This document shows, piece after piece, positions 52,601 through 64,000 of a stretch of DNA of 64,000 nt. Position 1 is the stretch's first letter; each line of letters begins with the position of its first letter. Origin of the DNA: Cystobasidiomycetes sp. EMM_F5 (Eukaryota). Below the pieces are notes generated by a model. The model saw only the letters and a list, made by a program, of their open reading frames with translations, did no database searches and had not been told where the DNA came from. The translations under genes and the position numbers were made by a program. The stretch lies in assembly GCA_051047955.1 (NCBI GenBank), contig JBPGPT010000005.1:496001-560000 (forward strand), written 5' to 3'.

Positions 52601-55600
52601 ACTATCGTGGTCTACCAAAGTGCTTCCAGTTCCCGGTGTGATAGACTCGCCAGCATCTTGGCGGAAAGCCTCTCGGGCTGATGCTTCCCTTGACTCGGCC
52701 TCATTCTCTTCGGCAGGACTAGCTGCCTCCACTACCGATAGCCCTTGCATGGTAACGACCATCGTCGTAGGTACGCCCAGAGCCTCAGCCTCCTTGAGCT
52801 GTATTTCAATATTTGCATCGGGCGAAAGCTTTGCGATTTGGTGCTGAGCGGAATGCTCTAAGAGGGGACATTCACTGAAAAAGTACAGCATCAGGCGATC
52901 CAAGTTCTCTGCAAAGGCCTCCTTCACAAGATCGTCGTCCACGGCTAGGTCGTTGAAAAGGGGCAATATGTACTCGACAGCTTCGCAAAGCTCGACGTCC
53001 TGTAGGTAGAGATGCAAGCTTCGAGCGATTGTTTCCCTATGATCCACATGCTCAGATTTGGCAAAGAGGAATATCCGCTCCAAACTGGTCACACACATCA
53101 GTTTCTGACCAGCGCCGGGGATGTAGAAAACACTCACGCAGTCAAGCCGGTCCCTTCAAGCTCTGGCGACAGGTCTGAAGACAAGGCCATGCCGCCGATG
53201 GCCGCCTCATCAAAGGCTTCGTTATTGTAATCTGTAGCGGTGCCCCAGTCCGGCGAATCCGGAGCCGCCTCTGGCGAAATTTTATCTGGATCGGTGTCGC
53301 GAGATGCCGCATTGCTCGTACGTTGCAACGCGGGCATTACTTCCTGCAGCCTATCTCGTATATTTGCGGATTCGCTCCCTGATTCACTGTCGCTCAGAGG
53401 CGAGTCATCATTCTCATCAGGATCATCAGACAATTCCCATCCGGACGGAGGCGGCATGGAAAGATCAAGCCTGTTGGGTCTTGCGGTCGCAGTTGCCTGC
53501 GCACTGTCTTGCACATCGCGATAATCCGACGGCAGTGTTGCTTCCTCCTGTATCGGCGATCTAGGCGGCGAAGGGCTAACTGCGACAGAGCGAAAGGCAG
53601 CGTCTTCATCCGACGGACTTCGAATCATGCTTGGTGATCGATTGCCGAAGCGGAACACTGACAATGCTGCTTCAGCTGTGTCCATAGGTGACCTACTTCC
53701 GGGACTCCGTGTAGGCGGAGTTGTAGCCCATACAGCGGATGCAAGCAGAGGAGGCGATGTCGCAGCTTCATCTCGCGGCGATATCGACAAAAATGACTCT
53801 GAATGACTGCCCATACTGGGGGATCGACGGTGAAACCCACTTCGGAAGCCCGGCGAGGGAGAGCGAGCGGAGCTTTCTGCAGCCAAGATTTCACTAGCGA
53901 TATGGTCTTCTGCATTGGGTGACGTTTCTGGAGACATACTTCGATTGCGCAAGCTAGAGCGACTCTGGCTTCGTACATCGATTGTATCGAGATGCAGGCG
54001 GGCAACCCGCGACGTATCTATGCGCGACCTAGCGGGCGAACGAGGTCGAGGGAGGCCGTCAGATTCTACGTTTGGGCTGCTAGCTGTAGTAGTCGCAATT
54101 GTATGGGCTCTGTGCAACATCGGAAGATCTGGTGACGCCGATCGATGTCGCACTTCCGAAGGTATCGATGGTGATGGGATACCTGCAAGAGATTCTTTAG
54201 AATTATGAACTTGGGATTCAATACTAGGCGAGCGCAAGCGACTCGTACTTGCGATTGGCGATGCAAGAGGTGCGTGATGTGGTAGAGGTGGGAAGTGCGG
54301 CACGGATGTACTCATATGAGATGGTGCAACAGTTGGAGACGAAGTCTTTCTGCGGTGTAAGGCAGAATCAGGTATTATAGAGCGGTGTATAGGCGTTGCT
54401 GCCGGTCCGAGGTAAGAATGAGATTTGAATAACGGAGGCAAAGACGCTTTGGTAGACGGTAGAGATTTAGGCGATGCAGAGCCTGCCGATGATGCTGAAG
54501 AATCAGAAGCACCGGAGTAAGATCGTGCGTGGCTGCTATGTGCCATCTCGTTGTACGGCCTGGGAAAAGTCATGGGAGATTTGGGGCTTTCTCTGAGGGA
54601 CGAGAGACGTCCAGAAGATCCAGGATCAAGGTCAATCCAGGGTTCGTCGACATCGACTGGCGGATTCGGCTGGTGGGTGACAGCAGGACTTGTCGCAAGG
54701 AGGACCTGCTCCGGTATACTGAGGTCTCCAAACGGTGATTCGAAATCGCTCGCTGTATGGATCGGTGGGAGATTCGGGTGTGGCCGAGGGGGTGAGGCTG
54801 ACGGCAACGGAAGACCTGCAGTCGGTTTGGGCGATTTGCTTGGTGATTGTGCGAATAAGGCTACATCTTCAATACTTTCAGCAGATGACGACAGCTCTCC
54901 TGCTTGTCTGGTAGGCGTCTGTCCTCGACGGTCTACCGACAAACGCCGGGCAAGAGTGTTGGTCAGGGTATTGGCGAGATCTGAATCGACCGAAATTCGT
55001 CGTCCAGAGGTACTTGAGCCAGCTCTAGCGATACTTTGTGGGGAGTCTGCATTTCTGCCAAAGCTGTGTCTTCCAGGCGAAGATGACATTGCATGAGGGG
55101 AACCTGCTGCTGGATGTGCTGCAGATTGTGCCTCATAATCATCGATACTGGTCGCAGAAGTTGGCGACCCAGCGGTACCGGACGATCCGGCGCTGAGCGT
55201 TCGGACTCGCGAGAAGGAGACACTTCTGCCTACCATACCTAGGGAAGGTGCCCGTTGTCGAGCTGGCGGATCTGTCGGATCCACCGCTCCCGTAGGGAAC
55301 CGCTGCAACAAAGCTGGTCGCGCGGAGCTCGCAGACTGCGTGGCAGCATTTGCAGACTGCGATGGCCGTATTGGGGATTGCTGAGGCTGTCTTGACTGCT
55401 CGTCTTGCTGTGATTGCTGCTGCAGCGTCAACGGCAGTGGTCGCAACTTCGAAGCGGGCGACATCAACAATGGGTTTGCATGAGGACCGGAGAGCGTCAC
55501 TGAGCGGACATTTGAAGGTGAAGGCCTTGGGGACGTCCTGGGACTCTCGTTGAAGCCTTTGCCGACTGCGACCCCACCGAGGTCCTGGCGATATCGCAGC

Positions 55601-55707
55601 TGCTCTGGCTCGTTGAGCCTGTCGAGCTCAGCATAGTCGACTCCATACGAGCTGCCCTCATTGTCATCATCATCGTCGATGCCGTCGAGCTTCTCTATCT
55701 CGCTCAT
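49608..55707 (-). CDS. HEAT-repeat PP4 regulatory subunit 1-like protein with an about 850-aa Ser/Pro-rich N-terminus
   Basis: LERIFLFAKS, EAVEYILPL, AYNLPGVAVTLG..W..LR, IAASLHDVA, WRMRETLA, DVRI. Four long ORFs joined by short introns. Confidence 0.8.
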
Positions 55708-55970
55708 GATTCAGTCTGTCAATCAGTACTGCAATAAGTCTCAGAAACACGCCGAGTAGCACTTTTGTCAAAACAGTCTCCGGGAAATACTAATCTAAAG
55801 CTACAGGTTATCGGATAGAGCATGGAGCAAAAGCTATCTTAGACTTCGACTTCCTAGGTCATGAGTAATTCGTCAGACGGAAAATTGGCGTAATAAGACG
55901 AAGACAGGCGAGGCACACAAATGTATGAACACGCAGCATGAATACGCAGGGGATGCTTTGACGGCGACGC

Positions 55971-57128
55971 CTATTGATCGCGCTTGAAGCCGAGCTTTTT
56001 GAGACTGAGCGGGATTGTGCAGAGATCAGTACCGATAATACAGGCGAGATACGGGTTTATACATACTGCATGCCGCTCAAAAGTCCGACTGTGATCATTC
56101 CTAGACCCGTAGTCATTACGATGCGCTGTGTTGCACTCGAATGTGCATGAATCCAGTCTGCAGAGGTGGTAGCTAGGCCTGCCGTAACCATAGCCAAGGG
56201 AAGGATAAGATAGCCAGACATGCCTGTGGACAAAGCTTCAGTTTCCGCACACTCTGCCTGTCAGGTCAAATTTACGATGGTACTTCCAGAGGGCCTTCGC
56301 TTTCCCTTCTCCGCCAAGAAGGCGCATACCGGGGTCATAAGCGATGAGCGCACCAATCAAGGCCTGCGACAGTAGCAGAACACCCGTCACGATACCAAAC
56401 TTCCCGTGCCATGACTTGAAGTGGGGAGCTGGACAAGCATCACAGCGTAAGCTTCGCAGACTAACCGGCGAAAATAGGCTGCGAGAACGAACCTCCATGC
56501 AGAGCCTTGTTGACAATCATAATGATGATCCCGGCTGAGACTGTGCAGTCGAGAACGCATGAGTCTACTGTTAAGTTTTTCTGCATCACACATATACTCA
56601 CTCAACAGGAGAGCAACGCCCTGAAAGATCTGATGGAAAGCCAGCCCACGCTCCTTATCCGACTTGGTAGACGTAGGCTGCAGAGTCAGGACGCCCTGCG
56701 CGAAGAGTAGCAACGCGAGCGATTGAAGCGGGGGATGGTAGCTGAAGAGGCCTGATGATGATGGGAATATCAGGCGAGTTCAGCAAGACTTTCACGCGAT
56801 GCGTAGACGCACCAGCTGGGTTTGGAATGACTACCCATAGTACTTGCACGAGAAGCAATATGCATCCAATCTGATTCGATGATTGCGTCAGCTGGGACTA
56901 AAGTCTGCAAGAAAAACAAGCAGGCAAGAAGCCATTACTGCCGCTCACTTGAGTCACAATAGCTCTACCATCGCCGTATAAGTTACGCGCGAGAAGACTG
57001 CGCTTTGTTGGATGAGAGCCTGCTGCATCTGCTGAGGCAGCACCGAGCAAAGGCGACGCTTCGTCTTCTGCTCTCCGCTCAGCTGACGCTGCAGTCGAAG
57101 ATGGATTGCGCAGACTTGCAGCACTCAT
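55971..57128 (-). CDS. Cytochrome b561-domain membrane protein
   Basis: Heme-ligand His motifs HPPLQSLA, HQIFQ, HFKSWHGKFG and KYHR, with hydrophobic helices between them. Confidence 0.85.
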
Positions 57129-57232
57129 GATTGCAAATGAAATAATGGGACGAATACAACATACACATACGGATCGACGACGTGGTCTAAAGTGGCAAAG
57201 CACGGGTTCGAACGTCTTCAATGCGGTATGCG

Positions 57233-59159
57233 TTATGCGGACGGCGTATCGTGTTGCGCCGTAAAAGTCTGACTAACACCCGGCGTGGTCTGCTTCTCCG
57301 GAGCTGGTGCGTCGCCGATACTTTTCGTCTCCGCATGGCTCACCTTAGCAGGAGCAGGCGCTTTTGACGGTAGATCAGGCTGTTGCACAGTCTTGGCTTG
57401 TTGATCAGTAGAGAATGGCTTTCCCATTGCAATTGTGGCAGTAACGGCAGCTGGAGATGCTGACGGCGCTGGAATGCCTTGAATAGAGCGGCTGACTGGA
57501 GGCACAGATGTCTGGCCAATTGCCCGGTCCGGCACCGGCACGGGAAGCGGGCGCGATACTTGTTCGAGTGGCTTGCGTTCTAACTGCACATTCACCGGAG
57601 ACAGAGCCCTTGTTTCGGTCTTTGGCGAATCGTGCGCTTTCGCAATAGCAGAAGGCGCTGATCCTCCTGCCTTATCCGCGGGCGCTGCCTGCTGCTTTTC
57701 TGCGAGCGATATATCTTCGAAGTATGTATGACCGTCGTCGTCGTCGTCATCTTCGTCGTCGTCATCCTCAATGGCCGAGGTATTAGACAGATGTATCGGA
57801 TTTACGCGAGTAGTTGGCGATGTTGTATGCAAGGTCCGTCGAGGAGGTGTTGAGCCAGACGCTTCCGCAAAACCCGTACGACGAGGACTTGACAGTATAC
57901 TTGGCGGATTGAGGGGGATATCTGCCACAACTTCAGGCATGGGTTCAGTCGCAATCTTGAGCAATGCCCTCAGAGCCTCATTCTCCTTTGTGAGCCTTTC
58001 TATTTCCGTATCGTTCTCGAGTGCGATTTCCGAAGCCGCTTCTGAGAATATGTTATCGGAGACGAGGCGAAGGTAGCCTCCTTCACTTCTATCGTGTTTG
58101 GTGAATCTTGCCGCTCGTTTCTTACTGCTAGACGAAGACATTGGCGTTCTCGAACGTAAACGGACTGCTGAAGAAGGACGATCTCCATTGATGCTGTGTC
58201 CATCTAGTCGTGCTGAGAGTCTCTGCATGTCTGGCGGGCCATCCGCAATGTCGTCGTCCAACACAGTCCCGCCGGCTGAGGACGAGGATGAGCTTTCACT
58301 CTCTTCATCAGACGAGCTCGAGGCTTCTACTGCTTCGCCCTGCACACTTCGCAACGCTTTCCTCACGAGTGAGGCCAAATTTGCGAGAGACAGCTGCAAA
58401 GTAACGGGATCTTGGAGTAGGCCACCGTTACTGATGGAGTTGCTATGCGGACGATTGTCTGTCGCAGGTTCTGCTGCGTATGGTGCATTACTGCCTGAAG
58501 CGCCATGCGTATAGTCCATCAGCATAGCCTCGTATTGCCGAGAAGATTCCAGTTCAAATTGTTGGGTGGAAGCCTATCGGTGTATCATGAGCACAGTAAT
58601 ACCATGATTGTCAAGTGGATGGCATACTGCGAATCCCCGAAATCTGGCCATTATGCTGTCCAGGGTGCCTTCGTAATCTTTCAGTAGATGAGAGAGCTGT
58701 TTGTTCTCGTATAACAGCGCCTGGTTCTCTACAACTAGCCAGGCATTGAAGCGCTCGACTTCGGATTCGAATGTTTCTGCAAACAGAATCCGATAAGTCA
58801 CGAGTATAATCTTGGCAACAAGGTGAGATCTCCCAACCTTTCGTTATATCGACGTTGAATCTCCTCAACGCAAAGCCAGTCCCGGTATGCACTGCTTGTT
58901 TCTGGATAGTTTCACAGTCGAGTAATGGTACTTTCGTCAGTCGGCAATCCCACGTTATCAGATGATTAAAGCAAGCCTGCCTTGAGTTCCTCGCTCTGGG
59001 CTCTGAGCGAGTTGCAGTGCTCTTGATTTGCAGACAGTTGCGCTGACAGTTCGGTCAAGAGTGCCCATAGCCTGCAGTGTCGCGTGTTCCAATCAGTCTA
59101 TGGAACATCAATAGCGTCCATCCTTCACACCTTGCGACTTCTTCGTCCACCAGCGTCAT
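57233..59159 (-). CDS. SIKE/FGFR1OP2-like coiled-coil protein (possible STRIPAK subunit) with a disordered tail
   Basis: MTLVDEEVA|RLWALLTELSAQL...GFALRRFNVDITK|ETFESEVERFN..ENQALLYENKQLSHLLKDYEGTLDSIMARFR resembles the SIKE-family EN..L...L.EYE..L..IM.K.R pattern. Confidence 0.65.
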
Positions 59160-59277
59160 CCTGCAGTATGGCTCAGGGTTTTCTTGCAGCTAATGGCTCG
59201 GAGCTGACCAGCAGGTTGCCTATATTTCTGGACTCGATAATGTTGATCAGGTTGGCCTCTAACCTACTGCCATCAAG

Positions 59278-59876
59278 ATGAGCTCGCTGCGATTCTGTGG
59301 AGAGTGCAGCAATGTGCTGTACCCAAAGGCCGACAATGTCCACAAGGTCCTGCTGTATGCCTGCCGGAATTGCAATTGTGCGCCCTCGTCAAGTCAAGAT
59401 GGGCAGAAGATATGTGCTGATAATGTCGAGCTACAGGGTTCGAGGAGACCAACAACATCTGCGTGTACCGCAACGAACTCATAAGCGAACTCAAGTGCGC
59501 TGGCCTGGGCTGTCGCCTATTTGAACGCAGCTGACTCAAGTTGATCTCCAGAGAAACGGCAGGTGTAACGCAAGATATCGGCACAGATCCTACATTGGTA
59601 CGCAGATCTGTAAACACATCAACCACCAGAGCTTACCGCTTTCACACACAGCCGCGAGCGAATATGACCTGCCCAAGGTGCGGTAACGATGAAGCCGTCT
59701 TTTACCAAGATCAACAGACGAAGCGAGCAGAGAGCAAGATGACGCTCTTTTATGTGTGCACGTAAGTTGTCGTGGGCGCCTATAACATTTCGAACTCTGC
59801 TTACAGAGCCTATAGCCGGTGCTCCAAGGCTTTCCAGGATCCGTTACTAAAGGAGAAGCAAGCTCAAAGACGGTAG
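59278..59876 (+). CDS. RPB9: RNA polymerase II subunit Rpb9
   Basis: [52 protein letters not shown]. Confidence 0.97.
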
Positions 59877-60403
59877 TCTCGCAGACAAATCTTCCAATGT
59901 GCTCCCCGTCCGCAGTGTCTGTGTTCCATGTTGTCGTATCTTAATGTGCCTCTGCTGTGATAACGTCCGTTCATACCCACAAATGATATAAGATCACGGA
60001 TTAAACTCACCTTTTCACTAAATGTCGCCTGATAGGAGTCTGACTTTTCTTGGCTAGCAAGCCTTCAGCCGTAGCCACCTACCGCCGTCTTGGCTAGCAC
60101 ATACTGCTTGCCAGCGAGTCAATAATCGTCAGGACCAGTTCAGCCTACTCGAGACTTCTCAAGGCTAAAGTATCGCTTCATAACTGCCAGATCGGCTGGA
60201 ATGCCACTGCTGAATACCCGTGTGGAAATTCGCTACACAGCTCCTACGTAACAGAAGTTGGCGCATATGCACAGCCTGGTCGGCAGCGATTTGGTAAGGG
60301 AGGCGTAAATCGGTACTTAAGTCTGGGTTACTTGCCTCCGTTCCAAGTCGCTCAACGGACGCACACGAAAAATTCTCACGCTCGTCTATCCTAAACCCCA
60401 ACC

Positions 60404-60967
60404 ATGCGCTTCTCACACCTGCTCACGGCAGCATCCACAAACCTGGGATCTTTGACAACTCCGAATCACGCAAATCCAGCTCCGAGCCATATCAGTGCAT
60501 TTCCATTGGGTTCACGTATAGCTCGTCAACTACCTTCAAATTGCCCAGTCAAAATGTCAAAACCTGGCGAGGCCAACTCGTGGACGTCATGCTACATTCC
60601 TTGGCCGACGGCCATGGTGGCCACTTGTGCTTCAATATGCCTGGGATGTTGGGTCTATTATGAACGCACTAAAGATCGACGCTGCCCGCGTTGCCGCCGA
60701 GGAAATGTTGAGGTACAGGTGTCTGTCAATCCTGGACCTCCCGGACAACACCAGGTAGGCCCAGCGGGGACGCATTACCCAGCACATGCACCTGCACCTG
60801 CGCCGCCACAATCAGGAGGCAATGTCAGGCAAATGCGTACACGAAACGAAATTGGGGCTGGTAGGCAAGGCCTTCCGCCACCGCGATCATTACCGAGTAC
60901 TCGCCTTGAACGGCAGCCTACGGGAGCCAATTCGGTACATATCACGCGCGCCGAAAGGCGCTATTGA
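60404..60967 (+). CDS. Unrecognised single-pass membrane protein, family member 1
   Basis: 187-aa single-exon ORF; CPVK..NSWTSCYIPWPTAMV-TM-YYER..CPRCR is shared with the next gene. Confidence 0.75.
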   Translation: MRFSHLLTAASTNLGSLTTPNHANPAPSHISAFPLGSRIARQLPSNCPVKMSKPGEANSWTSCYIPWPTAMVATCASICLGCWVYYERTKDRRCPRCRRGNVEVQVSVNPGPPGQHQVGPAGTHYPAHAPAPAPPQSGGNVRQMRTRNEIGAGRQGLPPPRSLPSTRLERQPTGANSVHITRAERRY

Positions 60968-61512
60968 CCAGAGTACGGCGATGTATATGTTGCAGCTCCC
61001 TCTCCGAATTTTTTAACTCCCCTTGATGAAAGCTATATGCAACTTAGAGTCGTGCGAAGACTTCTTGGAGCTTCAGTATGAATACTGGTCAAATACTGAC
61101 AAAACTGAGCGTTTCTTACAGGTTGCAGTCGAAAATCGCTCCCTTTTGAGCTGTCATCCAGCTTCGCGTGCTACCATTCATCAAATGTCCACTGATTGAT
61201 ACTGATGAGACTCATATCCCGGCTACACACCACTTTTATTTGCACCGTATGACCAGGCCACTTTCTGCAAAATGTGCAAGATTTCAACAAGTATCAGTCA
61301 ATGCGGTGCTATTGTAAGGAGGTATGACTGACTTTGTGATCACCTACAAAGGCTTCTCGCGTACAGCGACCTCACTGCCTTGACTCAGATTGCCCAGCAA
61401 AATATTGCAATACGAAGTCTCTGTATGTTCCGCTGCACACTGATTGTCGCAAGCTCCCCACTCTATCATACTCGACCAGTGCAAGGGCCCAATTCCTTTC
61501 ACTTGCGGCAAA

Positions 61513-62067
61513 ATGCGGTTTTCGAACGTAATGGCAGCAGCAGCAACTCCGCTACTGGGTGCAAGTGCAGCACCTGCTCGTCCGGCTCCAACTACCATAG
61601 AACAATCGCAAATGCACGGACCGCGAGACATCAACTTGCAAGGAGGCCAATTTGGGCAGTGCCCGACCAAAATACCATTTTTGACAGACTATCCCAAAAA
61701 TACGTGGAACTCGTGTTATCTTGCCTGGCCAACCGCGATGGTTTTGGGAGCAGCTGCAATTGGCTGTGGGGTATATGCGTACGCGGAAAGAAGAGACAAC
61801 AAGAAGCACCTTTGCGGTCGTTGCCGGACAAGGAACGTTGTAATTGCTGCATCACAAGTTCATACTGACCGTCTCAACAGCGGCGACGCAGTAGAAATGC
61901 GAACGCTATCAAGGGTCCACAAACGAGGGCATCCCGCAACGCGACAGCCGACAGATGCTTCAAGACGGAGCGTCGGGGCTGAGCAATCACGTCATAACTC
62001 TGTCACCCGCACGCGTCGTAGGTCAGTGAACCACACTCCGGCCGATATCCGTCAGTGGCCAAGGTAG
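61513..62067 (+). CDS. Unrecognised single-pass membrane protein, family member 2
   Basis: Starts MRFSN like member 1 (MRFSH); CPTK..NTWNSCYLAWPTAMV-TM-YAER..CGRCR. Confidence 0.75.
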   Translation: MRFSNVMAAAATPLLGASAAPARPAPTTIEQSQMHGPRDINLQGGQFGQCPTKIPFLTDYPKNTWNSCYLAWPTAMVLGAAAIGCGVYAYAERRDNKKHLCGRCRTRNVVIAASQVHTDRLNSGDAVEMRTLSRVHKRGHPATRQPTDASRRSVGAEQSRHNSVTRTRRRSVNHTPADIRQWPR

Positions 62068-63130
62068 TGTCACTGAAAGCTTCCGCATCCATCACATCCC
62101 GTTGTCTTTAGCTGAGGTTGCACCAAAAAGGTCTGCCGTTGACCCGTGGCGACCGCAGCTTTGACTCAGCCTCGCTTAGATCGTCCACTTCACACGTCTC
62201 GCCATGTCTACATATGACCTGCTGACGTTGGACTCTATGCCAGCAATAACAGTGCGCTCTGGGCATGAGGCTCTTACGGGGCGCAGGTCTCCAGTGTACT
62301 CTGTCGCTGCGTTGTCAAATCTCCTCAGGAGACTTGCGTCAGGTGCAAGATAATGACGGGAATTGAACTCGTGGAGAGCCATGGACGACTGTAGTAGATT
62401 GCTATGCAGTCATGCTAAATCCGACATCATCAGAACTTCTCTGTCTCGCTCTCCTGCTGAGCAACAGCTTGATTTGCTTCCCGCCATTGCCAATCACTGT
62501 CAGACATTTGGATCGCCATCAAGCATCGAGTCCGGGCCTGCGTTATTGTTTAGCGCAAATGCTCTTTTCTCGTCTACTCAGCTCTCAAAAGGCTAAGGCC
62601 ATGGTTCTCAAACGGAAGATCATTGCATCCTGTCAAGCATGAGGATCAGCGAGCGACCAGTATTTCAATACTCTTTTCGTGATTTGCCAGACCCTTGCTT
62701 GAGTTGTCTTCTACTCAAATCTGTAGGCTTGATCGCGACGCAAGCCGGGCTTCGACTTTCCGAAACGCCCCGGCTAACAGGCAAAAACAGAATCACAATT
62801 TGTCGAGCACTTCATCAGCCACTGGCAAGCTAGAACAGCCGATGTCAGTTGTCCCGCAGAGACTGTGTACTTTGTAGATGCTATTGTGATGATAGAGTCG
62901 CGTGGCTTCCGACGTAAGGACGGCTTCCGAATCCAACGCGACATGGGAACAGGGCGAGGGATTCAACACGCCTCTATCTGCAGCTCGTTGTCAGAGAACA
63001 CCCAGCGCATCAGATACCGCATCAGTCTGCTGTAGACACCTTTCTGCGCGGGCTTCATCCAAGACGTTCAAACCACCCTACACCTACAGTACCTCGGCCC
63101 TCATTCGGATCTTAGCAGGATCTCAGCGAC

Positions 63131-63469
63131 ATGATGACGCACATCATGCTCGTCACGGTCAAGCCGCAAGTGCTTCTCAGCACTGGCCCTGATTGGTCTA
63201 AGGCATCCGCTTCACTCGATACCCAAGAGGAGTGCAGGCTGGGTGATTCGCCAGAGTCTACGTTGTCATCAGCTTCACCGGTATCGGTCCATCATCAGCT
63301 TCAGTTTCCACAAAACGCAAACTTGATGAAATCCGACCAAAACAATATCAGATTAACGAGGGCACCATGGCTCACATATCTCGCATGGGCGACTGCGATA
63401 CCAATTACACTCATATGCATAGTAGTCGGCATTCTTGCGGGAATAGCAGGCGCAGAAATGGAAGTATAA
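63131..63469 (+). CDS. Small protein with a C-terminal TM helix; possible distant third family member
   Basis: WLTYLAWATAIPITLICIVVGILAGIAG shares YLAWxTA with member 2. The start is uncertain. Confidence 0.45.
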   Translation: MMTHIMLVTVKPQVLLSTGPDWSKASASLDTQEECRLGDSPESTLSSASPVSVHHQLQFPQNANLMKSDQNNIRLTRAPWLTYLAWATAIPITLICIVVGILAGIAGAEMEV

Positions 63470-63584
63470 GCATATCATAGGAGGGAGTGATGGATGTCGG
63501 GAAGAGAAAGACAATTCGGAGTGTTGCCTGCTGAAATAATAAGAGCATTTCAATTCGTGTTCAGTCTCTCAGTCATTAGCGTGT

Positions 63585-64000
63585 TCATTCATCTTCCTGG
63601 GCCAATATTTTAAGAATAGTCAAGGCTCCAAGGCCAGGCTGTGTGGCGGGATCTGAGACTGCACGACTATAAACGGCAGTCGGCGAGCAATAATTTCGTT
63701 GACAGCGATACCAGTTGGCAAACTTTGCGAAGTAGTTCGACAGCTGTCGAGACTCTGTCACTTCCTTTGGGCTCTTTCCGCACGGTCCAGCCGAAGAACA
63801 GCTCCCCGCGCCGACGATAATACGGCATACCCCAGCATTCCAGCACAAATTGGCACTGTCGTCACTGCTGCAGGCCCACTTTCGTTAGCACATCCAGCGC
63901 ATCGAGAACAGCAGCACTCACTGCACAACGTCTACTCGTTGCTGGTTCACTATGGCTCCGCCCAGTTTCTTCAAGGTCGCCGCAGCTTTGGCCGCGCTGC
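63585..64000 (-). CDS. 3' end of a Cys-rich hypothetical protein; gene begins beyond the right edge
   Basis: Open frame SAAKAAATLKKLGGAIVNQQRVDVV, a canonical GTGAGT..GCTAAC..CAG intron, then an exon with six Cys ending AQEDE*. Confidence 0.6.

Noticed and set aside
62176..62900. Short ORFs between membrane-family members, such as 62412-62642 with a hydrophobic start
   Set aside because: They lack the family motif and any other support.

Overview
Eukaryotic, gene-dense fungal DNA with many short (about 45-65 nt) GT-AG introns carrying CTRAY branch points. The style suggests a compact basidiomycete such as a Pucciniomycotina/Mixia-like fungus (inference only). I assembled about 31 protein-coding genes by hand across introns; exon boundaries are manual and need RNA-seq confirmation. 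Recognisable genes: a WLM/Wss1-type protease, RPL33, a DM9-repeat protein, two tandem Fe(II)/2OG dioxygenases, a Y-family (iota-like) polymerase, UBC4, an atypical Hsp70, ADE12, a RING/TRAF-zinc-finger ligase with a decayed duplicate, PRKRIP1, an Argonaute with intact catalytic residues, a Zn2Cys6 transcription factor, GPI2, DUF726/TMCO4, cystinosin, an R3H-SUZ protein, a Rab2-like GTPase, Rho-GDI, a PP4R1-like protein, cytochrome b561, a SIKE-like protein and RPB9. There are also unrecognised tandem families of small secreted and membrane proteins. No tRNA, rRNA, CRISPR array or transposon was found. Most interesting: (1) a head-to-head pair of an atypical Hsp70 and a coiled-coil protein with a possible GrpE-like C-terminus; (2) a pre-miRNA-like hairpin in Argonaute intron 1; (3) a recurring long-intron geometry, with the branch point about 40-50 nt from the donor followed by an 80-160 nt AG-free tract, plus a strongly folded RPL33 intron; (4) several tandem duplications.
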